Assembly: GCA_963815115.1 (NCBI GenBank)
Contig: CAWFFN010000012.1
Location: 285,174-349,173 of the forward strand
DNA length: 64,000 nt
Direction: 5' to 3'
Source of the DNA: an uncultured delta proteobacterium
GTDB taxonomy: Bacteria > Desulfobacterota > Binatia > DP-6
Shown here: positions 37,258 through 45,081 of the stretch, piece after piece
Position numbering within the stretch: position 1 is the stretch's first letter
Layout of the letters: each line of letters opens with the position of its first letter
The notes under the pieces: generated by a model
Seen by the model: the letters and a program-made list of their open reading frames with translations, nothing else
What the model was told of the DNA's origin: nothing
Databases searched by the model: none
Program-made: the position numbers and the translations under genes

Positions 37258-38575
37258 CGAACTCGAGCTGAACGACATCCAGAGTGGTGTCCTGCGCCCC
37301 AGGCCGTCTCCGTACGCGGCGACCTACATCCTGATGCGCATCGACGACCGACGAGCGGGGCGGGAGTTGATGAGGCGCCTCGCGGGTGTCGTGGCCTCGG
37401 CCGCTCACACCACGAGCCCGGCGGCGGCCGACACCTGGGTTAGCGTCTCGCTCACGTACCAGGGCCTGCGTGCGCTGGGCGTCCCGCCGGACTCGCTCGA
37501 CAGCTTCGCGTGGGAGTTCCAGCAGGGTATGGCGGCGCGCGCGAAGGCGCTCGGGGATGTCGGCGAAGCCAGCCCCGAGAACTGGGAACGGCCCCTCGGG
37601 ACGAACGACGTCCACGTCGTCGTGACGGCGCTCTCGCCGGACCAGCAGGGGCTCGAAGCCGCGATCGGGCGCGCCCGCGCGGCGTTCTCGGACCTCCCGG
37701 GTGTCCAGCCGATCTGGCGCCAGGACTGTCATGCGCTGGCGACCGAAAGAGAACCCTTCGGGTTCAGGGACGGGATCGGGCATCCGGCCGTCGAAGGGAG
37801 CGGCATCCCCGGGAGCAACTCCAAGGAGGCGCCGTTCAAGGCCGGCGAGTTCGTGCTCGGCTACCTGGACGAGACCGGCGCCCTGCCGCCCATGCCTCGA
37901 CCGGAGGTCCTGGGTCGCAACGGCACCTACGTGGTGTTCCGCAAGCTGCACCAGCGGGTGGCGGCGTTCCGCCAGTACTTGAAGGAGAACGCGGGCAGCC
38001 CCGACGAACAGGAGCTGCTGGCGGCCAAGATGATGGGGCGGTGGCGCAGCGGCGCGCCCCTGGCGCTGAGCCCCGCGCGTGACGACCCGGAGCTGGGTGC
38101 TGACAGGACTCGCAACAACGACTTCACGTACTCGGACGACGCGACCGGGTACAAGACGCCTCCCGGGTCGCACGTCCGGCGAGCGAATCCGCGCGATGCG
38201 CAGGTGGCCGGTGTGGTCCGGCTGCACCGGATGATCCGCCGGGGGACCGCGTACGGCCCCGAGCTTCCGGAGGGTGCGCTCGAGGACGACGGCGTCGATC
38301 GCGGGCTGATGTTCGCATTCGTCGGTGCACATCTCGGGCGGCAGTTCGAGTTCGTCCAATCCGAGTGGATGAATGGCGGAGACTTTCTCGGCCTGGGCGA
38401 CGTGAAGGATCCGATCGCGGGCGTCCAGGATGCCGCCGGCGCGTACTCCTTCCCGCGGAAGCCGATTCCGAGGATGTTGCGTGGTCTGCCGCAGTTCGTG
38501 CTCACACGCGGCGGCGAGTACTGCTTCATGCCATCGCTCCGTGCGCTGCGCTGGCTCGCCGAGCTCGAGACATGA
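37244..38575 (+). CDS. DyP-type haem peroxidase (no export signal seen)
   Basis: The N-terminus LELNDIQSGVL is conserved in DyPs. The GxxDG motif is seen as FGFRDGIGHP, and the proximal His lies in GSHVRRANPRD, with RMIRRGTAYG also present. A TTG start at 37244 is required to include the conserved N-terminus. Confidence 0.9.
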   Translation: MPPNSELELNDIQSGVLRPRPSPYAATYILMRIDDRRAGRELMRRLAGVVASAAHTTSPAAADTWVSVSLTYQGLRALGVPPDSLDSFAWEFQQGMAARAKALGDVGEASPENWERPLGTNDVHVVVTALSPDQQGLEAAIGRARAAFSDLPGVQPIWRQDCHALATEREPFGFRDGIGHPAVEGSGIPGSNSKEAPFKAGEFVLGYLDETGALPPMPRPEVLGRNGTYVVFRKLHQRVAAFRQYLKENAGSPDEQELLAAKMMGRWRSGAPLALSPARDDPELGADRTRNNDFTYSDDATGYKTPPGSHVRRANPRDAQVAGVVRLHRMIRRGTAYGPELPEGALEDDGVDRGLMFAFVGAHLGRQFEFVQSEWMNGGDFLGLGDVKDPIAGVQDAAGAYSFPRKPIPRMLRGLPQFVLTRGGEYCFMPSLRALRWLAELET

Positions 38576-39996
38576 CCCCCGACACGGTGGACGTGCTCGT
38601 GCTGGGCGGCGGACCGGCTGGTCTGGTTGCTGCGATCCGGGCGGGAGATCTGGGTGCCCGCACCGCCCTGGTGACGCGCGACGCGTTCGGCGGCATGGCC
38701 GCCCTCGACGGACCGGTCCCCGTGCGGACGCTCGCCCATGCTGCCCGGCTGGTGCGCGACGCCCGGCAGCTCGGCCGGTATGGCATCGCGGTTTCCGATC
38801 CGGTGCTCGACTACCCGCGGCTGCTGGCGCGCGTGCGCGAGGTGGTGGACGACGCGCGCGCCCACGCCGTGTTCCGCCGCCAGGTCGATGCCGCGGGCGT
38901 CGCCGTCCACGAGCACGCGGGCATCGCGCGCTTCGCGGACGCGCACACGGTCGAGACCGAGAGCGGATCGCGCTTCCGCGCCGAGAAGATCATCGTCTGC
39001 ACGGGCGGCGTCAGCCGGCGCCTCGCGGTGCCCGGATTCGAGCTGACCGCGACACACAGCGATGCGTGGGGCCTGACGTCGGCTCCGCCGACGATGCTGG
39101 TCATCGGCGCCGGAGCCACCGGCGCCCAGGTCGCGTCGATCTTCAACGCGTTCGGCACGCGGGTCGAGCTCTTCCAGGCGGCCCCCCGCATCCTGCCGAG
39201 CGAGGACGAGGACGTGTCCACGGCGGTCGCCGCTGCGTTTCGCGCTGCCGGGATCGCCGTGCACGAGGACTTCGGATCGATCGAGTCCTTCGAGGAGGCG
39301 CCGGGCGGCGTGAGGATGAAGTTCTCGAAGGACGGCGTGCGCGGCAGCGCCGAGGCGGCGGTGGTCGTCGTCGCGGTCGGCTGGACGGCGGGCACGGCCG
39401 GACTCGCCCTCGCGAAGGCTGGCGTCGACACCGATCCCCGCGGCTTCGTGAGCGTCGACTCCGCGTTGCGCACCACCGCGCCGCACATCTTCGCCGCCGG
39501 GGACGTGACCGGTCGTCTGATGCTCGTCCCGCAAGCGATACAGGACGGCTTCGTGGCCGCGACGAATGCCGTGCGCGGGCCCCTGCTGGTGAACGACGAC
39601 GTGGTGGCGCCGATCGGGAGTTTCACCGAGCCCGAATACGCGCAGGTCGGCATGACCGAGGCGAAGGCGCGTGAGTCGCATGATGTCCTGGTCACGGTCG
39701 TGCGGTTCGACGAGACGACGCGCACGATCGTCGACGGACGCACGACGGGGTTCTGCAAGCTGATCATCGACCGCGCGACACACACGATCCTCGGTTGTCA
39801 CATCGTCGGGGAGCGGGCGGTGGACATCGTGCAGACGGCCGCGATCGCCCTCGCCACGGGCTTGCGCGTGGACGACCTCGCGCGCGTTCCTCTGTCGTTC
39901 CCGACCTACACCGGAATCTTGGGTCGCGCCGCGGCGATCTCCGCGCGCGCGCTCGGTCGCGACAGCGGGGAAACCCGATTCGCGGAGTGGATGTAA
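38572..39996 (+). CDS. FAD/NAD(P)-binding pyridine nucleotide-disulfide-oxidoreductase-family protein lacking the redox-active cysteines
   Basis: The start overlaps the DyP stop (ATGA). DVLVLGGGPAGLVAA (FAD) and MLVIGAGATGAQVA (NAD(P)) are present. The position of GGTCLNVGCIPSK reads GGMAALDGPVPVR. The C-terminal HPT..E position reads FPTYTG. Confidence 0.9.
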   Translation: MTPDTVDVLVLGGGPAGLVAAIRAGDLGARTALVTRDAFGGMAALDGPVPVRTLAHAARLVRDARQLGRYGIAVSDPVLDYPRLLARVREVVDDARAHAVFRRQVDAAGVAVHEHAGIARFADAHTVETESGSRFRAEKIIVCTGGVSRRLAVPGFELTATHSDAWGLTSAPPTMLVIGAGATGAQVASIFNAFGTRVELFQAAPRILPSEDEDVSTAVAAAFRAAGIAVHEDFGSIESFEEAPGGVRMKFSKDGVRGSAEAAVVVVAVGWTAGTAGLALAKAGVDTDPRGFVSVDSALRTTAPHIFAAGDVTGRLMLVPQAIQDGFVAATNAVRGPLLVNDDVVAPIGSFTEPEYAQVGMTEAKARESHDVLVTVVRFDETTRTIVDGRTTGFCKLIIDRATHTILGCHIVGERAVDIVQTAAIALATGLRVDDLARVPLSFPTYTGILGRAAAISARALGRDSGETRFAEWM

Positions 39997-40267
39997 GCGT
40001 TCGCCGGACCGTCGCGGAACTACTTCGATCGCCTCCAGCATCATCGCCTGCTGCGCTACCACAGCCGGCGGCTCGCCGACCTTGGCTACCCGGTCGCTCT
40101 CACCCCCTTGCCGCCGCCGGCCAGCGCATCGCCTTCGTAGGATGTCGGTTTCAGGAGCGTGCCTGGACGTCGCCGATCTGGTACACGCCGTGACGCGGCC
40201 CGAGTTTCTCGTCCGTCGCGTCGTGCGGTAGGGCACCGGCGACCGGAATGGGATCACGGAGTGAGGC

Positions 40268-41299
40268 ATGCAGGAGGCACGCGGAAGCGGCGAGCGAGAC
40301 GCCGGCAGGTGCCTGAAGATCGCATATCTCGGCGTGGTGGTAGTGGCCCTCCTCGTACCGCGCGCGGCGCCTGCCATCATCGGGCACTATACGGCCGGGG
40401 CGCAGGACGTGCGCGACTTCTTCCTCCCCCCCGAGGAGGGACTCTACTTCGCGCAGTACACCTACTTCTATCAGTCGGACTCGTTCCGGGACCGCAACGG
40501 GAACCCGGTGGACCACCTGATCGTCCCACCCCGCCTGCGTCCACCGCGCACGCTGCCGCTCGACGTCAACCTGAACCAGGTCACGCTCTCCCCGTCCATC
40601 CTGTGGGCGCCGCACTTCAGCCTGCTCGGCGCCCGGTACGGCGCCGAGATCAGCCTCACTGGTGCCAACGCGAACGTCGCCGCGGCGGTGGAGCAGATCA
40701 ACAAGGGGACCGAGTTCGGGACGGGGTGGGGCTTCGCCGACCTCTTCGTGCAACCGCTCTGGCTGCAGTGGAGCCTCTGGCGCCTCGACCTCGTGGCGGC
40801 CTACGGCTTCTACGCGCCGACGGGACGGTTCTCGCCTGGCGCCACCGACAACATCGGGCTCGGCTTCTGGACGCAGCAGCTGCAGACCGCTGGGGCGTTC
40901 AACTTCGACGAGGCACGCACGTTCTCGCTCATCATGGTGGAGACCTGGGAGTTCAACTCCGACGTGCGGCACCAGGACCTCCATCCCGGCAGCCGGTTGT
41001 CGTTCAACTGGGCGCTCGACAAGATCTGGCTCGGCGGCATGCTCGAGACCGCCGTGCTGGGCTACGATCAGTGGCAGGTGAGCGAGGACACCGGAGCGGA
41101 CCAGGTGCGGGCGCTGGCCGGCGTGCTCGATTCGGTGCACGCCGCTGGCCTGGAGCTCGGCATCCCGAAGTGGGGCGTCTCGTTCAAGTACATGCACGAG
41201 TTCGAGGCGCGACAGCGCTTCCAGGGCCAGCTAGTGACGTTCACCTTCGGGCTCCCGCTGGACCCCGTCGTCGATCGGGTGAGAGGGCTCGTGCAGTGA
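40268..41299 (+). CDS. outer-membrane beta-barrel channel, MetA/phenol-degradation-pathway type (paralogue B)
   Basis: It shares APTGRFSPGATDNIGLGFWT and the overall strand pattern with 34664-35602. The exact start is uncertain. Confidence 0.75.
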   Translation: MQEARGSGERDAGRCLKIAYLGVVVVALLVPRAAPAIIGHYTAGAQDVRDFFLPPEEGLYFAQYTYFYQSDSFRDRNGNPVDHLIVPPRLRPPRTLPLDVNLNQVTLSPSILWAPHFSLLGARYGAEISLTGANANVAAAVEQINKGTEFGTGWGFADLFVQPLWLQWSLWRLDLVAAYGFYAPTGRFSPGATDNIGLGFWTQQLQTAGAFNFDEARTFSLIMVETWEFNSDVRHQDLHPGSRLSFNWALDKIWLGGMLETAVLGYDQWQVSEDTGADQVRALAGVLDSVHAAGLELGIPKWGVSFKYMHEFEARQRFQGQLVTFTFGLPLDPVVDRVRGLVQ

Positions 41300-41559
41300 C
41301 GCTCCCATCCGACACCCCGCACACGAGTGTTGTGCCCATTTCACTTCTCGATGTCCTACAATGCCCAGAAAGGAGACGGACATGAGTCGTGCGGATTCCG
41401 GGTGAAGCCGAACGACCCGTCCGATTGATGGCGAACACCGATTCCGACGTGTGGCGTCTCACGAGCTTCCCCCGGGCCATCTCACGAGCATGCCCCCAGG
41501 GCGTCCCACCGACGCCACGGGTTAGAGGATACCCGCGAGCTGGCCGATCGCGCGCTCAT

Positions 41560-41798
41560 CGCGGTGCCCCGGGGGAAGCACGCATCCTCCTCAGCGCAGA
41601 GCACGCGTTCTTCGACGTGGATGGCTCGCTGCGACGTGTCGATCGTCTGGACACCACCAGGTCCCGGTGGGGCTTCGTGCACCGAATATCCTGCCGCGCC
41701 AGCGCGTGCACTGGGTCGACGTACCCGTCACCGAGGCGGTCGCCGTGATCACGCGCTGGGGTACGGGCACGAGCAAACTCCTCAAAGCGATGCGCTGA
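41560..41798 (+). pseudogene. frameshifted 3' fragment of a DUF502-family gene
   Basis: The last 113 nt (41688-41800) are 105/113 identical, in inverted orientation, to 58262-58374 by my manual alignment. This block encodes ILPRQRVHWVDVPVTEAVAVITRWGTGTSKLLKAMR*. Upstream similarity (AFFDVDG.. versus AFIVEEID.., then VWTPPGPGGASCTEY versus VLVPSVPTPAAGSLY) can only be followed by switching frame twice. No N-terminal half is present. Confidence 0.55.
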
Positions 41799-41845
41799 GG
41801 ACGCCGCGGCCGCCTGTTCGGGGTCAGAGTGGAGCTAGCGGTTCC

Positions 41846-43399
41846 TCAGAGCAAGGGGGCGATGGGCAGGAACCGCTCGATCGACCGGATGAAGCGCCGC
41901 CACGCGCTGGCCGGATCGTGCGGCTCGACGAGCGGCCGCGCGGGCTGCTGGGTGATCCAGGCGACGTCGTCGCGCTTGCCGACGACGTCGGCGATGCGCC
42001 AGGCGTTCTCGGGCGCGAAGTCGGTGGCGAAGGCGTCGAGGAACTGCGCCGCCAGCTGTGGGCTCTGCACGACCAGCACGATCTCGGTGTCGAGGTTCAT
42101 CGAGCGCGGGTCGAGGTTGAACGATCCGATGAACACCGTCTTGCGGTCGAACACCGCCGCCTTTCCGTGCAGCGCCAGGTGCGCCTTGGAGGTGGCCGGG
42201 CGCGCGCAGTACAGGTGGCGCGAGGCGGCGTCGGGCTTCATCTCGTAGAGCTCCACGCCCAGATCGACCAGCTCCGGGCGCGAGTTGGCGTAGTGCGCGT
42301 TGACCGGAACCTCGTCCGTGGTGGCGAGCGAGTTGGTGAGCATGCGGAGCTGCACGCCGCGCCCGCGCAACGAGCGAACTGCGGGCATCTTCGGGTTCGG
42401 CAGCAGGTAGGCGTTCTCGAGGACGAGCTCGTGCTCGGCGTGGTTGGCCAGGTAGGCCATCTTGTTCCAGACCATGCCGGGCGGCGCGTCGGCCGGGTTC
42501 GCCACGCTGTTTGGATCGTCGTAGACCAGCTCTGCCGAGCCCCAGACCACCTTGCCGCGGAACTGCTCCAGCCAGGCCAGCGCGGCGTCCCGGTCGTGCG
42601 GCAGTGCGTAGGGGAAGGTGGCGCGCTCGGCCGCCACCCGCTCTGAGAAGCGGGCGAGCGCCCGATCCCGCTCCGCCTGCGAGGCCGGCTTCACCAACGA
42701 GCTGATCGGATAGGTCCACTGGCTGTTCCAGTAGCGGTCGAAGCCAGCCTCCGCCTCCGACACCACCGGGCCGATCGCCAGGAGGTCGAAGTCGCGATAG
42801 CAGATCTCCTTCCCCAGGCCGAAGTATTCGTCCATGAGGTTGCGTCCGCCGACGACCGCCGCCTGGCCGTCGGCGACGAACAGCTTGTTGTGCATGCGGC
42901 GGTTGAGCTCTGTGAAGCGCCCCAGGAGCTGCGTTACGCGCATCCTCCCGCGCGAGAACGGGTTGAAGACGCGTACCTCGAAGTTGGGGTGGGCGTCGAT
43001 CGCCTGGAAGGCGGGGTCGTGGCCGGTGGCCCAATAGTCGTCGATGAGCAGGCGCACGCGCACGCCGCGATCGGCGGCGGCGATCAACCGTTCGAGCAGC
43101 ACGCGGCCGACCGTGTCGCGACCCCACATGAAATACTGAGCGTCGATGCTCGACTGCGCCGCATCAGCCATCGCCACCCGCGCCTGGATGCCGCCCTCGC
43201 CCGTGTTGAAGAGGAGGAAGCCCGACTGGCCCTGGTGCTTCGCCACGGCCGGGGTGATCAGCTCACCGAGCGTCGTATGGCGCGTGTCCACCAGCGCGCT
43301 CGACGGCGGACGGCCGACGTTCTTGGGCAGCCCGCACCCGACCACGGCCAGGGTGACGAGGAGCCATCGAAGTTGACGCATAGCTCTGGGGGCGCCCAT
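41846..43399 (-). CDS. phospholipase D-family lipoprotein (two HKD motifs, ClsC-like)
   Basis: The lipobox is LAVVGCG. HKD motif 1 is MHNKLFVADGQAAVVGGRNL. HKD motif 2 is LHGKAAVFDRKTVFIGSFNLDPRS. Confidence 0.9.
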   Translation of the reverse strand: MGAPRAMRQLRWLLVTLAVVGCGLPKNVGRPPSSALVDTRHTTLGELITPAVAKHQGQSGFLLFNTGEGGIQARVAMADAAQSSIDAQYFMWGRDTVGRVLLERLIAAADRGVRVRLLIDDYWATGHDPAFQAIDAHPNFEVRVFNPFSRGRMRVTQLLGRFTELNRRMHNKLFVADGQAAVVGGRNLMDEYFGLGKEICYRDFDLLAIGPVVSEAEAGFDRYWNSQWTYPISSLVKPASQAERDRALARFSERVAAERATFPYALPHDRDAALAWLEQFRGKVVWGSAELVYDDPNSVANPADAPPGMVWNKMAYLANHAEHELVLENAYLLPNPKMPAVRSLRGRGVQLRMLTNSLATTDEVPVNAHYANSRPELVDLGVELYEMKPDAASRHLYCARPATSKAHLALHGKAAVFDRKTVFIGSFNLDPRSMNLDTEIVLVVQSPQLAAQFLDAFATDFAPENAWRIADVVGKRDDVAWITQQPARPLVEPHDPASAWRRFIRSIERFLPIAPLL

Positions 43400-43415
43400 C
43401 TGGTTCCCACCCTAG

Positions 43416-43430
43416 CCCGGATCATTCATG
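43416..43430. repeat. IS terminal inverted repeat (tnpA 3' side)
   Basis: CCCGGATCATTCATG is compared with the reverse complement of the other end, CCCGGATAATTCACG. Confidence 0.75.
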
Positions 43431-43631
43431 AAGTGCCAGTCACCCAGGGCGGATGACGGGCTGATCGCCCGCGACGGATTCGGGTGCCGTGACCGCGGGC
43501 CTCGCGAGCGGCGACGCGGCTCGTGGCGGGCTCAAGCGGCGTGCACTGGCGGGCGGCAACCACACCGCGGCGCAGCGGGGTCGGATACCGCGGCGAGGAG
43601 CAGCTCCGAGGTGTGCGGCGCGCCCAAGCCG

Positions 43632-44966
43632 TCAGGGCGACGCACGCAGCATGCGGAGCCGGCGATGGACGACGAGGAAGAGGGGCTGCCCCGGCCAGCC
43701 GGAGGCGCAGTGGAACCACCAGCGCCGGACGGAGCGCACGACGCGCGCGCCGAGCTTGAGCAGCCGCAGGCGCACCGTGCCCAGCGTCGCGCTCGCGAGC
43801 GCGGTCCCGGCGAGCACGCGCTGGCGGAAGAGCTGGAGCAGGTCGTAGGCGAGCGCGTGCAGCAGGAGGCGAAACGCGTTGGCGCGGAAGGCGTGGCACG
43901 ACAGTCGATCGGCGGCGAGATCGCGCTTGAGTTCCTTGATGAAGTTCTCGGCCTGCCCGCGCTGGTGGTACCAGTGAAAGATCTCGGCCGCCCGGCCGCG
44001 GCGGTTGGTGACCACGTAGCGGACGTTCGGGCCCTGGGCGGTGTGCTCGATCATCGCGAGCACGCGCCGTGGCCGTGCCCAGCTGCGCGTCTGGTAGTGA
44101 ACGCTCGTAAACCACCGCACCGGGCGGCCGGTGCGTTCATACGTGACGTGGGCGTGGACGCGGTGGAGCGCGACGGCCGCGTCCAGCCTGGGGTTGGGGG
44201 CCATGCCGATCGCGTAGGTGAGCCCCGCCCGCTCCGCCGCATCGAGCAGGTCGGGGTTGCAGAAGCCGCCATCGGCCCGCAGGGCGAGCCCGGTGGTCGG
44301 CAGCTGCGCGCGCAGATGCGCGATGATCGGCTCGAGCAGCGGCCAGGCATGCGTCGCACCGCCGACGTCGCCGGGGCGCAACCGCGCGCCGAGCAGATAG
44401 CCGTCGGCGAAGACGAGCAGCGGGTGGTACATGTGCTCGTCGTAGTGGCCATTGAAGAAGCTGAGCTGCTGCTGCCCGTGCGTCGGGTCGTCGGTGGAGT
44501 CGAGGTCCAGGATCACCTCCCCGGGCGGCTCGAGGTGCGAGACCCCGTGCCGGGTGAACCACTGGCGCAGGACGGTGCCCAGGCGTCGGATCGTGTCCCA
44601 CTCCACCGCGTTCTCGAGGCGCGAGAGCGTCGGCTGCGACGCGAGCGGCGTCCCGAGCCGGTGGACGACACTCTGCAGCGCGGGATCGTGCCGCAGGGTC
44701 GTGGCGTCGTTGGCGTCCTCGTAGCCGGCCACGATTTGGTAGAGGCGCTGGCGCAGGAGCGTGAGGACGTCGTGCGTCACGTAGCGCCGGTCCCGCTCAT
44801 CCGCCACCGCGTCGCGGAGGGCCGCCGTCAGCCCCAACCGCTCGTCGAACTCCCGAACAAGGAGCAGCCCCGCCTCGGTCGTGATCTCGCCGCCGTCGAA
44901 CGCAGCCGTGAGCTTCCGTTGGAAAGCGAAGCCGAATCGACTATGACACTCTGCAGCCACCGCCAC
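43632..44966 (-). CDS. tnpA: IS1380-family DDE transposase
   Basis: This 444-aa protein has FDGGEITTEAGLLLVREFDERLGL...LDLDSTDDPTHGQQ...RADGGF...YHQRGQAENFIKELK, the hallmark pattern of IS1380 / DDE group 1 transposases. Confidence 0.9.
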   Translation of the reverse strand: MAVAAECHSRFGFAFQRKLTAAFDGGEITTEAGLLLVREFDERLGLTAALRDAVADERDRRYVTHDVLTLLRQRLYQIVAGYEDANDATTLRHDPALQSVVHRLGTPLASQPTLSRLENAVEWDTIRRLGTVLRQWFTRHGVSHLEPPGEVILDLDSTDDPTHGQQQLSFFNGHYDEHMYHPLLVFADGYLLGARLRPGDVGGATHAWPLLEPIIAHLRAQLPTTGLALRADGGFCNPDLLDAAERAGLTYAIGMAPNPRLDAAVALHRVHAHVTYERTGRPVRWFTSVHYQTRSWARPRRVLAMIEHTAQGPNVRYVVTNRRGRAAEIFHWYHQRGQAENFIKELKRDLAADRLSCHAFRANAFRLLLHALAYDLLQLFRQRVLAGTALASATLGTVRLRLLKLGARVVRSVRRWWFHCASGWPGQPLFLVVHRRLRMLRASP

Positions 44967-45052
44967 CCCTCCTCAGCGTGCTCGACGCTGGCCTCGACAA
45001 CCGCGTCAATAGCACACTTCGAGGGGTCCGGTGGCTTCTTCACGCTGGCGGG

Positions 45053-45067
45053 CGTGAATTATCCGGG
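45053..45067. repeat. IS terminal inverted repeat (tnpA 5' side)
   Basis: The sequence is CGTGAATTATCCGGG, followed by CTAG. Confidence 0.75.
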
Positions 45068-45081
45068 CTAGCCGACCCGCC

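Larger units (their letters stand above)
43412..45071 (-). mobile_element. IS1380-family insertion sequence including flanking 4-bp CTAG target duplications
   Basis: A single DDE transposase ORF is present. The terminal inverted repeats begin with CC and match at 13 of 15 positions. The element core 43416-45067 is 1652 bp. CTAG is present on both flanks. Confidence 0.8.

Noticed and set aside
37244-38575. The DyP peroxidase considered as encapsulin cargo.
   Set aside because: No encapsulin shell gene (HK97-fold, about 260-300 aa) is adjacent. The DyP C-terminus (SLRALRWLAELET) does not look like the usual Gly/Ser/Leu-rich targeting peptide.
35599-40380. Minus-strand ORFs 35599-37278 (559 aa) and 37927-40380 (817 aa) opposite the DyP cassette.
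   Set aside because: They are antisense to genes with unambiguous DyP and FAD/NAD-binding motifs and translational coupling. Their composition is R/G/D/P-rich.
41382-41405. A tiny ORF (MSRADSG) preceded by AAAGGAGA.
   Set aside because: It has only 7 codons and lies in a degenerate intergenic region next to the DUF502 remnant. It is more likely a relic RBS and start of a lost gene than a functional peptide.
41389-42646. ORFs 41389-41748 and 41564-42646 (+).
   Set aside because: The first is just one frame of the frameshifted DUF502 remnant. The second runs antisense into the PLD gene and has junk composition.
43428-45071. A 547-aa + strand ORF spanning almost exactly the insertion sequence.
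   Set aside because: It is antisense to the 444-aa ORF that carries the IS1380-type transposase blocks (QAENFIKELK and others). The + strand product has no transposase motifs.
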